Shown one piece after another: positions 10,561 through 24,261 of a stretch of DNA of 64,000 bases. The notes beneath the pieces were generated by a model that worked only from the letters and a program-made list of their open reading frames with translations, had not been told where the DNA came from and made no database searches. Position numbers and translations under genes: made by a program. This DNA comes from Camelus ferus. Taxonomy: Eukaryota. Every line of letters starts with the position of its first letter. The first letter of the stretch is position 1. Location: NCBI RefSeq assembly GCF_009834535.1, contig NC_045697.1:113028001-113092000 (forward strand), given 5' to 3'.

Positions 10561-13261
10561 AGGGGCTTTTACAAATCAGCCAGGGGACCAAGCACCAAGT
10601 CCTGCTGGTCCCTTTCCCAGGAGTGGGCCCTCGTGTTAAAGCTGTGCTGTCCCCTCCCCTCCACTCAGGCCTCCCAAACTGCCCGGCTGCACTCACTCAC
10701 TCAGTCAGATCTCCACCTGAGCTGCACTGAGGCCAGTGGATGGAGGGCAGTCCCCTCCTCTGGACCAGAGTTCCTTCAACTTTACCAGCGAGCACAGCAG
10801 TGAACTCCTTCAGGGTCACCTAAAATATGTTGGAATTCCCAGAGACCACGAAGCATGGGACTTTTTTTTATATTCAGCAAATGTCTGGATTATCTCTTAC
10901 CAGTTGTGAAAGAAATGCTGTAGTTGAGACTGATCTTCTACTTAGTTTGCATCTATATTATGCCTCATTTCTCAAGACAGTGTGGGTAACTATCATATAT
11001 CAGCAATGTAAGTAAAATGTATATATAGTTATTCTGTGTACAAATACTGCGTTATAATTTGCAAATGCATGCAACTTGTCAATATAAACTTTTAGGTGGC
11101 CAAAGCATTCATTTCTAGAATGTAATTCTGAAGTTATAAGTTTAGAGCCTTTTTTTACCTGAGTATGTATAGTTTTAAAAAAAAAGATGAACTTTTTAAA
11201 GATGAAGTTAAACTGTACTCTTAAACTTTTATCATTTAATTTTTATATTCTGCTATAACAATATCCATAATAAAAAATAAATTTGATAAATTAAAAAAAA
11301 GATTCAAAAACTTTCTTTAGAAGAAGAAATAGTTTGATACCCTAGGAGTATAAAAGTGAACAGCTTTAAAAGATCTCAGTTACAGAACTTTCAAGACTTT
11401 GTACAAAGAAAGTGCAAAGAAACTGAACTTACGTTCTGACTCAACTGTAGATAATGATTCCTTGTGATAATTTATTCATGAAAAGGTTGCCTCAAGGCAG
11501 TTTATGAATATATAATACTGCACAAAACTATGTAATATAAAACGTTAAACTTCACAACATTTTTATGTTTCAATATATTAATTTTTTTCAAAAAAACCAA
11601 CAAAATACTCTAACAGGGAAAAAGTGAAGGCAAATCCTACCAATAAAAAGTTAATCTATTAATTACAATCTATTCAAGCTAAATAGCTCTAAAAATCAAT
11701 TAATATCCATCAGTCAGGGGTTCTCCAAATTTATTTTGTAAAACATCTGACGATTCATAAAAGAGTACAGAATGTAAACATAACAAAACTGGGGGAGGGG
11801 ATTAAGGTGTATTTTCAATAAAAAATTAGTATTTTATGTTTCAAAAAGTGCCAAATTTAACTTTCAAAAATCCACTTCTTTTCATATGCGTAACTAACAG
11901 GCTATTTTGAATAACAGAAACTTTGGAAAAGTTTCTGGCAACACAGAAATATTCCAGTTAAGAAAACCAGTATTAAAAGTCTCTCACATACAGTATTTAA
12001 TGATTACTTCAGGAAATTCAATCTAAATTATTCTTTGAATTCATACTTGAGATTAGCAAAGAAAACATGTAACTAGTTTGTTCAAACAAAACAGCAATAG
12101 AAAGAAGTATTTCAGCGGTAATATGCTTCAAGTATTTCTGTTAAAATCATAAACAACAAAAAGGAGCTTTTCCTAAAAGACTATCAAAGTCATCATAGAA
12201 TCTAGGCTACACTAGAAACAGAAATGTCATTTAGACTCTCAATATAACCTGAAATCTAGAATGATCATTTCACCAAACATACTTAAGGTACACCAAAGTG
12301 TATGAATACGTAAAAAAAAAAAAAAAGTAGAAGAGTAAAGCCACACCTACAACTGAGAAAGCTTACAGTATATAATAAACTTTAAATCCCAAATACCCTT
12401 AACACCAAAATAAATTCTAGAACATGATGTACTAAGTCACTTAACATCACTAACATGATGGAAATGTAATGGACTTACTAAGAGAATCTGCACCATTTTT
12501 TTTTTTTTTTTTGCAGTTAACTCTACCCCCAAAAATCCTAGTACAATTCCCTTGCTTAACCTAAATAAGATGTCAACAAGTGTCAATGACAAATACCTAG
12601 AGCTTCCAGAAAGGAACTTACTGGACCATTTTCAATTCAAGTTCACTTCCTTCGTGAAGCTATCCACAAATACGTAACCATTTCAGATCACAGTACACTT
12701 AGCACTTAATATACTACACTGACCAGTCATCTAGTTTTACACTTGCGCTCATCTCCCCCAGTGTAGCTCCCTGAAGACTACAGACACATCCTATCAGGTT
12801 GAAAATAAAAGTTTCAAAGAAATAAAAGTGGGAGGTGGACCCAAGTGAACATTTTACTGAGCACCCACAGTATGCTGCACACTGAACTAGTATAAATAAA
12901 AAATATTTTAAAGTTCTTTAAAACAGTGTGAAATAATTCATATAAAATAATTTTTAAAAAGCTCATAAATACTCTCCTTAGCATTAAGAAAACATCTTAA
13001 TTCTTGAATACCGACTTTATCTTTCATGCGAAAATCTAACATCAAGCTCAACTTTGTTAGTCCTGACTTACCCATCAACATCTAGTCAGAATTAACCTTG
13101 TCGCCCATTCTCTGCTACCACTCTACACCTTTACCTTGTACCAGTGTTCACTGTCAACAACAACAAAAACACCCACAAACCTACAGAGCACATACTACCA
13201 TGTACTAGGACAGGCAGTGAGATTCCAGGATCAAAAACAGACACGAACTTGCTTACATTCT

Positions 13262-13354
13262 TAGTTATCTCATAAATAACTATACAGTGTACAACCTTGT
13301 TATCTCATGAGTAACTACATAGTTTATCTTGTTATCTCATGAGGAACTACATAG
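13262..13354. repeat. Degenerate ~31-bp tandem repeat, 3 copies
   Basis: gttatctcat(aaa/gag)(t/g)aacta(t/c)a(c/t)ag occurs three times in succession. Confidence 0.75.
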
Positions 13355-13764
13355 CTGGCCAGAAAATGGCCCAGCACTTAACAGGCGGACCTAACTTTGG
13401 GAAATCAGGAAGACTCCCTGAGGAAGTGACTGAGACCTACTTGTTTTCTTAAGGATGATGTGAGCTGCTGCATGAAAAAGTTTGGAAGGAGGTAAAGCAA
13501 ACAGAAGCAAGACTACTGAAGTACTGAGGTAGGTCATTAAGAAAAAATGACAGCTGAGAAGCATTAAGGGTGGTGAAGTGAAGATGGAGAGAAATGGCAA
13601 GGCGTGAGATGCATATGAAGACAGAATGACGGGACTGAACACGGACAGTGGGATACGGGAAGAATCAAGTATGACTCCCAGGTCTGCAACACAAGCAACC
13701 ACGTGACCAGAACACTGCTCACTAAGATGGCACACGAGACGGGGGCATCAGGAATTCCCTGTGA

Positions 13765-13922
13765 GGGGGAAGGAGGACAGCTCAGCAGTAGAGCACATGT
13801 TTAGCACGCATGAGGTCCTCGGTTACATCGCCAGTACTTCCATAATAAACAAACAAGCCAAATTACGCAGCCCCCACCCCGGGAAAAAAACTCATTAAAA
13901 GAAGTTTTAAATTAAAAAAAAA
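13765..13922 (+). mobile_element. tRNA-Ala-derived camelid SINE (Vic-1-like), inside an L2 remnant
   Basis: agctcagcagtagagcacatgtttagcacgcatgaggtcctcggtt...ccagtacttcc followed by an A-rich tail. Confidence 0.8.
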
Positions 13923-14879
13923 ATTTTGACTTGAAGACACTGGTTTAAGATGCCCTGGAGACAGCTAAGTAGAGATGTAAAGCAAGTAAATAAATTTATG
14001 AGTCTGGCAGTTAGTAAAACGGTCTTGGCTGAAGATACGAATTTGGGATAACCTGGGGTTAAAGGTGGTACTTTAAAGCCACAAAGACAATAAGGTTTTC
14101 TTCAGAAGAATAAGAAAAGGACCTAGGGCCAAGCTCAGATGAACAGATATTTAATAAGCACCTCTGATGTAACAGGCACTGTTATGAAATCAATGAGGAA
14201 AAGATTAGTTACCTAAAATAAAAACAGGAAAAAGAACACAAACGAGCCACAGAAAAAGTAAATATAAATGTTTTTAAAGTGTTGAAAAGATGTGTGCTTT
14301 ACCTTAAAAGAAATGTAAATTAAAACTTCAATAAAATACAAATTTTAATGTATAAAAATATTTTTAAAAATTATTAACACTGCATTAGTGAGGGTGTGGC
14401 TGAGTTAGCAGTCTGATTAATAAGTGGAATGTAAACTGGTACAAGCTTCTGGAAGGCAATTTGATAGATTTTATCAGGATAAAAACCACACATCTTTTGC
14501 TTAAATAATCCTACTTCTATTAATTTAATGCACAGACATATTTACACATATACAAAATAACTAATCATCATCAATGCAGCAGTGTTTGTGTTAGCAAAAG
14601 AATGAAAACAGCTTAAGTGTCCATCAGAGACCTAGTAAATAAACTGCAGGAAAAGCAAACAAGAGGATGGCAGCTGTTAAACAAGCAAGGGGTAGACCTC
14701 TCTGTACTCACATGATTGCTCTCTCAGATCACGTATGACCAAAACGCAGGGGCACATGAATATGCTAGTACATTCATGTGAAGTATCTGAACGGTTATCT
14801 AAGGAACTGCTCTAACTAGTCGGTTGTCAGTTGCACTAGCAAACTAGGAAACAGAGTTGGAACAAGACCTACATTTTGT

Positions 14880-15351
14880 TGTGGGCAGGATAATGCCATC
14901 CTTCCCAAAAACGTCCACACTCTAATTCCCCGACACCTGTGAATGTATTACCATACGTGGCATGAGACGCATCAAAGACCTTGAGATGGGGAGATCATAC
15001 CGGAATCCCCAAATGGGCCTGATGTAATTACCAGGGACTTTGTACAAGGGAGGCAGCAGGAGAGGTGTGGCCTTCTCTCAAGGCAGATATGAAGTGCTAC
15101 ACTGCTGGCTTTGAAGATGAAGGAAAGGGCTAGAGTCAAGGGCTACAGGCAACCTCTAGAAACAGGAAAAAACAAGAGATCCTCCACAAGAGTCTCTTGA
15201 AGGAAGACAGTCTTGCCAACACCTTAATTTTAGCTCAGTGAAACTCATTTTTGGACTTCTGATCTTCAGAAATGTAATAGAATGAATCTGTGTTGTTTTA
15301 AGTCATTAAATTTATATTACTTTTCCACAGCAGTAACAGAAAATTAATACA
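14880..15351 (+). mobile_element. MLT1D-like MaLR LTR
   Basis: TGtgggcaggataat start; gaccttgagatggggagat; ctgctggctttgaagatgaagg; ends aaattaataCA. Confidence 0.8.
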
Positions 15352-15527
15352 CTTCATGGACAACCGTATTTTACTGTTTGATTCTTCTTTAAAACCACGT
15401 ACATGCAGTTTTATTCCAAAAAAGGCTGGCATACTAGGTAGAGTTTCATTAATGTTTCTGGTCAGTTTTACTAACTTCCAGGAGCAAGTTTTTACTAGCG
15501 AGTCATCTCTTTAATATTAAATTTATC

Positions 15528-16150
15528 AGCATAAAAACAGAAACAGACAATTGGAACAGAATCAGGAGTCCAGGAATAAACTCAAGCATATAATGGACAA
15601 CTAATAATATTTGACAAACAAGCCAAGAATGTTCAATGGGGAAAAGACAGTCTCTTCAATAAATGGTACTGGAAAAACTGGATATTCTCACGCAAAAGAG
15701 TGAAACTGGTCCCCTGTCTTACACCACTGGCAAAAATTGACTCAAAATGGATTAAAGATTTAAATGTAAAGCCTAACCCATAAAACTCTTAGAAAACATA
15801 GGGAAAAAGTTCCTTGACACTGATCCTGGCAATGACTGTTTGGATGACACCGAAAGCACAAGCAACAAAGGTAAAAATAAACAAGTGGGACTACATGAAA
15901 CGAAGAAGCTCCTGCACAGCAAAATAAACGATTAACAAAATGAAAAGGAACCTACGAGAGTTCTGAGAAAATATCTGCAGAATCATGCATCTGATACGTA
16001 GTATCCCATATTTATAAGCATGTATATGTATATATACACATACATCTATAAGGAATTCATGCAACTCAATAACAAAAAAACAAACTGATTAAAAATTGGG
16101 CAAAGGACCCGAATAGACATTTTTCCAAAGACATACAAATGACCAACAGG
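15528..16150 (+). mobile_element. L1 ORF2 C-terminal fragment
   Basis: caatggggaaaagacagtctcttcaataaatggtactgg ([11 protein letters not shown]) and aatagacatttttccaaag motifs. Confidence 0.85.
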
Positions 16151-17289
16151 TACTACTACTACACTACTAAAGTTGACTACAACAAGTAACATTTTACTAA
16201 GGACCAGACATTGGGCTAAGTGGTTTACATTTAATTTCCACAATTCTGAGGCAGGCACCATGACTATCCCAACTTAGCAGAACAACCAAGTCTTAGAGGG
16301 GTTAAGTAACTTCACCAAGACCATAACTTAGCAAAGACAGGTGCCAAACTCATCTTCCAGGACTCCACTGCCCACATTCTCAGATGTATGAAAGAAGTTT
16401 AAAGCAACTGATGTAAAAGTCTACATGGAAAACCTCCAGTGACAAGCTGAATTTACAAGAGAAGATACAGCAGAGCCACGTGTCCCAGGAAATATGCCAA
16501 TGAGAACAGATCAGTATGCTGCCTTCCTGACTCATGACAATGCTCCTACTATACAGCCTGACAAAAGGGAAGTTCTGATAGTCAACGACAAACAGTCAAT
16601 TGCCAGTCAGCCCCCAATCATTCACACACAATTGCATTATCAACGCTTTCAAGGTTCACTCTGCAAAAGAAAGGCTAGGAGAGAAAACTAAAAAGGGTTG
16701 GCAATAGCATACAGTGCTAAGTAAAAAGACTGAATTCACACAAACGTGTGTGTTCTAAAGCAAAAAGACTGTGGATAGATATGAAAGACGAAAACACAAT
16801 GAAAAGGAGAAAAAGAAAATGGAAAGCAACAGAGAAAGGGGGCGGATGACATTGAGACCAGAGTATCATAACTTTTAACCAGATTATAAACTTTTAAATG
16901 TAGCTGTTTTTATCAGAAACTGAAAAATGTTTAAATTATATTTATGAAATGTATAAAATGCGTAAAAATACTTATAAACATGTTCCTAATCAAGAATTAT
17001 TCTCAAGAACGTAAGTGAGAAAAGCAAGTAGCAGTTTTGGAATACAAACATAAGCTGTACGATGAAAGACAAGCAAGCGGAATTTAGATCCTGTTTATCA
17101 CTGAGTACCTCCTGGAGATTACAGGTTCAAGGGAAACACAGAGGGTCTCAAAAACTATTATTATGTTTTATTTCTTAAAGTGAATAACAGACACACAAAG
17201 AGCCCGTATACAGTTGATCTTAATGCTTAACTGTGTCATGTAAACGCTTTTTCGCATCCACTCCACTTTTAAGAAAAACAGTCTCAGCG

Positions 17290-18130
17290 TGGTGGAGGGA
17301 ACCGGGATGTGGAGGCCGGGTCCGGGGCCGGAGTGTGGGTCACTGGAGGGTGGAGAACGGACGCGAGGCCCCGCGGCCCCGCCGCCCACGCCTTTTTCCC
17401 GCGTTCAGCGGCACCCCCCGCCCCGTGCCCCGCGTTCACACCCCGGTGGGGAGTGGGCACAGGGAGAGGCGCGGGCTTCCCGCGAGGGGGCAGCACCTCC
17501 GGACTCGGCCCTGAACCCGGGACCCCCACCACCCACCATTCCCACTCCGCACCCCGCTTCCCGGCGGTCCGACGCCGGCCGCCCTCCCCGCCCCCGACCG
17601 GAGCCTTCCAGAAACGGGTGGTTTCAGGGGAGCGGGAGGGACCCACCATGTCGACGTCCTCGCGGCCCGGGACCTCGGACCCCACACGCAGGAACCTCAC
17701 AGTCAGCAGAGACCGCAACTCACGCGGCGACTCCAGCCAAACCCTCGAGGGGCGGAAGAAGCCGGGCGGACCCGACCGGAAGGGGCGAGACGAGTGCTCT
17801 ACCCTAAGACGTCGCGGGAAACAAGACCCGGTATTTGTGGGCCGCCGTGGACTCACGCCCCTGCCGGGCGTAAAGGCTCTCCAGGAGCTCGCGGGCGGGC
17901 GGACCTGGGGCGGGCGGTGAACCGGACCAGTGCGGGGCGTGAGCCCGCGTCCTGGGCTCGGGGCTCCCGGCACTGGCCGGGTGGGATCTCGGGCGTTCGC
18001 CGGGCGCGCATCTCCGGGGCCGCACAGCCCCTCCGCAGGAGGCCGCCCGCTGCGCACAGCGCCCGGGGCCGCCGGGTGGCGCAGGGCCCACGCCGCCTGA
18101 GCAAGGCCTTCCCCCAGCTTCGGGTCCTTT
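17290..18130. promoter_or_regulatory. CpG island: TMA16 promoter, exon 1 and start of intron 1
   Basis: Very CpG-dense; ETS-like CCGGAAG near 17776, E2F-like GCGGGAAA at 17814-17821, several GGGCGG boxes. Confidence 0.9.
17647..17649 (-). CDS. TMA16: TMA16 exon 1 coding part (initiator ATG only; the 5'UTR extends to higher coordinates)
   Basis: Minus strand GAGGACGTCGAC ATG|gtgggt: splice donor directly after the ATG within a CpG island; phase 0 matches exon 2 starting CCT (Pro2). Confidence 0.88.
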
Positions 18131-18404
18131 CCTGTGAAGGCCCCGTCTGCACATTCAGAGCTCCTTCACCTCGAGTTGTTCTGTCTCTCGTCACTATGTG
18201 TGAGTCTTTGTTACGTCTACACTTGTTAGGATTCCGTGGACAGCACATTCGTTCAGCAGATGTTGAATGAATGCCTGCTGCGTGCCAGGGGTTGGGAATA
18301 TGACCACCATATCCCTGCCCCTCCCTCAGCTCAAATTACAGTGCGACGTGTGAATGGAAAAAACAACAATTAATATTGTCTACACGTAGGGGCCTCTGAA
18401 GTAC

Positions 18405-18920
18405 TCTTTTGAAAATAAAAACTGAGCAGAGACCTATGTTAAAGCCAAATAAATTATTCAAGACACTTGGTAAGGAAAGGTCAGGCTGACTTCATTCCAG
18501 GGGCGCCTCCGTATGCATAAGGATCACCGCGGTGGGGAAGAGATAGGGGTTCAACTCTTACTATAGTGTGGACAGGTGGAAATTTACAGCCAAGGAGCAG
18601 GGTGGAGGTTGGTGGATGGAAAATTATTAAGAGGAAACAGCCGGGGTAAGGGGGACATTCTGGCCAAACCATCCTAACAGCCTGGAAGCAGGCAGGCGGG
18701 TGTGATCGACATCACCTGGAAGATGGTGGCTGATCAGGAGCCTGATGAGTTACAGATAAAGGAGTTACAGATAAAGGAGGAGTTGGGGAGTCCGGCTAAA
18801 CTGACTTTCTTGCTAAAATCGGACAATATAGACAAGAACAGGAAATCCAAAATTCCAGGCCTAGTTGAAAAGAGTTCAGGGGAACCTGAGTACAGTTTGG
18901 TCAAAGAGAATCTCGTCACC
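18405..18920. mobile_element. ERV LTR remnant (MER21/MER77-like) just upstream of the TMA16 island
   Basis: LTR-like motifs (ctaaactgac, ggcctagttgaaaagag, tttggtcaaag); internal 15-bp duplication gagttacagataaag. Confidence 0.5.
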
Positions 18921-20017
18921 TGAATGAAAGGAGAAAACCTGGCACGGGAAGAAGCTACAGGCAGGGTGAAGCTGGGAGTGCCTACGTATGTGTGTGCAGG
19001 TACATGTACTTAATCAACACATGTAGCCATTAAAGCAAGATTAAACTGTAAACCAGAATGGGTGACCACAAGATCCCTGAATCTAGGGGCAAGGCATTTT
19101 CACACAGTGCGTTCTGTGTGAAGCTGCACAATGAAGGTCAACCTTGAAATATGTACTCTGGAGATGTTACTCTGTTGAGGAGTCCAGTGAATCCCTATTG
19201 TTCACACCCTACTTCTTCCTCTAACCATTTTCCTGAGAAGCCAACTTACACCCACCCCGCAGTCCCCAAGTCTGGCCCGGTGCAAGTAATCTTCCTGAGT
19301 TCTGTTACTGCAAATCCAGTAAGCATTAAATTGGCATCCTGGCTACTTCAGCTGTTACCAAGTGCACTTCTGATTACAAAATCCCCACCTGCTTCTACCT
19401 CGGTCTTAACTTCAAATTGCCAGTAATCCAAAGAGTGATATATCCTGAATTTTTTTTCATTTTAATTTGGATTTGAAAGATTTTATATGTTCCCCATTCA
19501 GATTTAACCCCTAAATAATACTGATTATGGGCAAGGCACTATGTTCAAATACACTGTAAATGTAAAAATGTAAAATGAGTTTCTACAAAGTAAAAATACA
19601 ATGGTGATGATCAATATATGGTCATAATTTTATGTGTACATGCACCACAGTGACAAGCAGAGTCAGGATGCAGAGCCCTGCATCCCTGCCACCCAGAAAC
19701 CACTGCAGATAGTTGGGAGACATCTTTAGAGATATTTCCCTGAGCTTTAACAAATATATTGAGATGTGTGTGTGTGTGCAAGTGTTAAGTTTTAACATTA
19801 GATATTGATATAATAAGAATACATTGTGCAATTTCTTGGGTAACCACAAAACGAATAGAAACAAAGTATGACTTTGAATAAGATACAAACAAATAGAGAA
19901 AGTGGAATGATAAAAAATTTCAGATAATTCAAAGCAATGAAATAAAAATGAAAAACATAGGACTGCTGGGGAAATAAAAACAAAAATGTGGTAGATTTAA
20001 ATCCATGTAACTGCCCT

Positions 20018-20194
20018 CTATTCATTTATTTATATTTTATTATTTGTTTATTATTGTATTATTCAATTTTTTTTTATTTTGGCAGGGGTGGGGAGGTAAT
20101 TAGACTTATTTTTAGAGGAGGCACTGGGGGTTGAACCCAGGACCGTGTGCATGCTAAGCAGGCACTCTTCCTTTTGAGCTATACCCTCCCCCTC
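20018..20194 (-). mobile_element. tRNA-Ala-derived camelid SINE with TSD
   Basis: Reverse complement of the tRNA-Ala-like head; TAACTGCCCT at 20008-20017 and 20195-20204. Confidence 0.85.
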
Positions 20195-20204
20195 TAACTG
20201 CCCT

Positions 20205-21826
20205 TAATTTAAAAATGAATATTTTACACTGGATTTAAAATATACAACTCCGTTATGTTTATTGAAATATATCTAAAATATAAAGAGATAGAAAAATTAA
20301 AAGTCAAAGATGGAAAGAGGTATGCTAATCACATACTAACTGAAAGAATGATAGCGTAGACACATTGTTATACAAAATGGATGAAGTCGAAAAGTATTAT
20401 GGTAGTTTGAAGAGTTAACTTTGTAAAGATAAAAAGTTTTCCATTTTAAATGATATATTTATATTCACCTAGTAATATACCTCCAAATATATAGTGGAAA
20501 AACTGATACAATTTCAAATAATAGTAGAAAATAAACTGTCTTAGTTAAAAATAACCTTTTTTAGTAATTAATAGTGTTACTGCTTGTTGCTCAAGAATCC
20601 AATACTGAGAGACAAATGTTGGGTAAAAGGAAAGTTAGCTGTTTTGAGGAAGCCTGCAAACCTGAGGAGAAGATGGACTCATGTCCCAACAAATCAACTC
20701 CCCTTTGCTGATTGGGGGCAAGAATTTTTAAAGAGGAGTTTCAGGGGTGAATAGGCAGAGGGAGGGGGCTGCATGCAGAACAGCACCGTCAGCTTCGACA
20801 ATCATCTTGAAATTGGTCATGTGGTGGTCTGATCAGTGTCATCTTGATTGCTTTCAGTACAGTGAATCTTCAGTTCCAGGGTCAGTTTGTTCCCATTTCC
20901 TCAAGGCCAGTTCTCGGAATTGTGTAAGATGGAGCAGCTTCTGTCATGGCTCCAGCCTGGTCATCATGTAGTTAACTTCATCCACCTGGTGGGGGTTTCA
21001 TCTCTGCAAAACAGCTCAAGGGATGTGACTCAGAATATGATCTATGGCCCTTGAAGAGGAACTAAAGGTTCATGACTTTGTTTAATGGCTAAACTATTAT
21101 TATTTGTCTTATTTGTTTTCCCTTATTTCTGCATTTTCTCTCTGATTAAATTTTATTCTTTGGCTACAGTTTTTCTACAGACAAGAGACAGGCAGAGGGC
21201 ATGGTGGAGGGAGGGGTCTGTCCCAGGAAGGCCCCAGAATGTCTTGCTCCATTACAACAGAGCAAGCTGATGAAATATTCAGTGATTTGGAAGACTAGAC
21301 CACCAATCCGACCTCATGATCTATTTAGAATGCTGCTTCAGGGGCTTGCAAGCATACATGTGTTTTCAAACACATATGGAATAGTTACTAAAAATGATCC
21401 TCTATTGGGCCAGAAAGCAAATTCAAACAAATTTGAAAGAACTGAAATCCTACAGAATGTGTTCTTTAGCCACCGTACAATGAAACCAGAAGTCAACAAG
21501 AAGAAGATAGCTTTGATAATTCCCATAGCTTCAGAAATTAAGAATTATACTTTCAAGTAAGTCATGAGTTAAAGAAGAAATGATGTGGAAATTAGAAAAT
21601 ATTAGAGGCTGAATGAGGACAAAAATACCATATATCCAAGTTTGTGAGCTATGATAAACGAGCAGCAATTCGCTCCCCTAGTGTAAGTATTAGAGCTGAA
21701 GTATTTATGTTAAAGGAGAAAGGCTGACTGTTAATGAGCTAATCCACACCAAGAGGCTAGAAGAGAACAAAAGAAATTCAAAACAGAAGGTGGAAGAGAA
21801 TGAACAGCAGAAATTATTGAAATCAA

Positions 21827-21865
<39 letters not shown>

Positions 21866-22200
21866 AATAAGAACAGGAAGGTAGAACTTTGGCTCCTTTT
21901 AAAGAATGATAAATTGATACATTCTTGCAGGATCCCTTGAAAAAATTAGAGAAGACCCAATTAACTAGTATCAGAATTGGAACAGGTGACACCATTTCAG
22001 GTTATGCATGCATAAGAGGATATTATGACCAAATAAACTTAAATAATATGGAAAAGTCTTAGAAAAAGTATAACTGATCAAAACTGATACAGAGGAATAG
22101 AAAGCTTGAATAGTTCCATCATCACCTTAAAAAGTGCTTACTCAACTATCTTCCCATGTTAAAATAACAAACTCAGATTTTTTTAGATTTTATAAATACA
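20205..22200 (+). mobile_element. Degraded L1 ORF2 (endonuclease region), split by an LTR
   Basis: aaaagtcaaagatggaaagaggtatgc; ttttcaaacacatatggaatag; aagaactgaaatcctacagaatgtgttct. Confidence 0.65.
20575..21256 (-). mobile_element. Solo ERV1-class LTR (~680 bp) inserted in L1
   Basis: TG...CA termini; flanks ATAG/ACAG (near 4-bp TSD); GC-richer than the flanking L1, which resumes on both sides. Confidence 0.7.
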
Positions 22201-22879
22201 TGTAAATAAGAATAGAACAGTACTCCCTTAATATGATAATAATATGGATTGGTACTAGTGACACGTAGGTATCACTGTCTTATTCCTGTCCTCAAAGAGC
22301 AAGCTTTTTGTTTAACCACTTTGGGATTATCTGGAAAGTTGAAATGTGTACATCTTCTAACCAGCAGTGTTATTCCCAGACCTGTACCCTAGTAACTTCC
22401 AACACATACCTCTCAGGATACATATACAAAAACTTCCCTAACAGTATTGTTTGTAATAATCCCAAACCAGAAAAAAAAAAACCTAATTTTTCATTAACAA
22501 AACACAGAAAAATTGTGATAAATTCTATATAGCAAAGAAATTAATGAACTACAGTTATGGTAAACATAAATAAATTTTAAATCACAATATAAAATAAGTA
22601 ACAGACCAAAGGATGTATGCAGTATAATTTCATTTATAAAATTCATTTATAAAGTTCAAAAACAGGCAAAATGAACTACATTTTTTTACAAATACTTTTA
22701 TAAGTGGCCAGTGATACTCCTAACCTGAGTGGTGGTTACCTTGCTGTTTTTATTTTATAATTCTTCTTGATGTGTCACATTTATATTTTATGCACCATTA
22801 TGTTTGTAGGCTAAACTTAACAGCAAGAAGTGTTAAAAAAATTTTAAGCACAAATATATTACTCTATTGTCTTTTTATA

Positions 22880-23015
22880 TTTTTAGTTGACATATAGTCA
22901 GTTTACAGTGTGTCAATTTCTGGTGTACAGCATCATGTTTCAGTCATACATGAACATACATATATTCCTTTTCATATTCCTTTCCATTATAGTTTACTAC
23001 AAGATATTGAACATG
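22880..23015 (-). mobile_element. Short 3' end of a younger L1 family
   Basis: Same sequence as the copies at 47660 and 59961 (tgtcaatttctggtgtacagca...tcagtcataca...tacaagatattgaa). Confidence 0.8.
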
Positions 23016-24261
23016 GTCTGTACTCCACCATCTCTTGAATCCACTATTACTGTTGAGATGTCTCATGTTGGTCTAATGTTTTTCCTTTGTGGGTGGTTTA
23101 CTCTTTGTGTGGAATCTTTTCATAATTTCTGTTGCCTTTGCTCTTCTGCAGCTTTACTGCAGTGTTGTCTGGGTATTGGTATCTCCTTACATGTCTTGGC
23201 CACTCACTCCCCACGGGGGATTTGCATTATCTGGATATTGATCATCTGTTCTCCTGATCTTTTAGCACATCTTTTATATTTTCTCTTTATTAATTTCTGC
23301 TGCCCCTTGGAGAGTTCCTAATTTGATCTGCTAGTTTACCCTGTGGTCCTTTGATGTAATCGTCCTGCTAGATAGTCCATCTTGTGCCATCTTCATTTTA
23401 ACTCTTATTTTTAATCTCATCCCTATATCACTTGTTTTCTAAAATAATTCTGTACCCCTTTGCTTTATTACCATATCCTTCAACTCTTCTGAATATATAG
23501 TGCTCATTTAAAATTACTGGTTCATCTGCAATAAATCTGCTTAATGTGGCCTGTGTTGTTCCATTTTATTATCTTTTAAATTTTTTTAAAATATACCTTT
23601 GAGGAGTTGTATTTTCCTTGAACTTGTAGCATTGTATTTTGCTGATGGAGTCAGCTCTCTTGTCCTGTAATGTTACTGGGGAAGCGCTGAGAGTCACACC
23701 GTCAACTCTGTCCTTCTTGGAACGTTTGAGAACAAGGAGGATCAAAGCTCAGAGGAGAGATTCCAGGACCACAGAAACCCTGCTGACAGGAGAGCAGGGG
23801 ACGTGAGCATCCCAGGCACCAGTCACCCTCCGCCAGGTTTCATCTCTCCTGACTCAGCTGGGCTCCGTGCCCTCTGCTAGCGCCTCACAATGTGGGGAGG
23901 CCAGATGCTCCTCATTCCTAAGGTGAAGTAAGAGAGAGCTGAGGTCAAGTCGCACCCTCTCCAGATGCTCCCCCAGCTGCCACAGACGCCCTCCTCCCAC
24001 CCGTCCCCATCTTCTCAGTTGTAATCTGACTTCTAACCGCCAGTTCCCTTCTGGCTTCTGTCATTTTCCAGGGTTGATTTGGGGGGGCCAGTGCTCCTCT
24101 ACCATTTTATCCTACTTATTGTTAGGACTCCTGATTACATTAATATAATTAGCTTTTTTGTCATAGATGATGTAAGTTGGTTCGTAATTTTTCTTTTGCT
24201 CTATCTGGGACAATATTTTGCCATGGAAAAAATTTTGAACGTCTTTCCATAGGGAGCTAGT

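Noticed and set aside
17233..18270. Several long overlapping ORFs (up to 257 aa) in the TMA16 CpG island, one in frame with the TMA16 ATG
   Set aside because: Stop-poor GC-rich DNA gives Arg/Pro/Gly-rich frames with no recognisable domain; most use non-ATG starts
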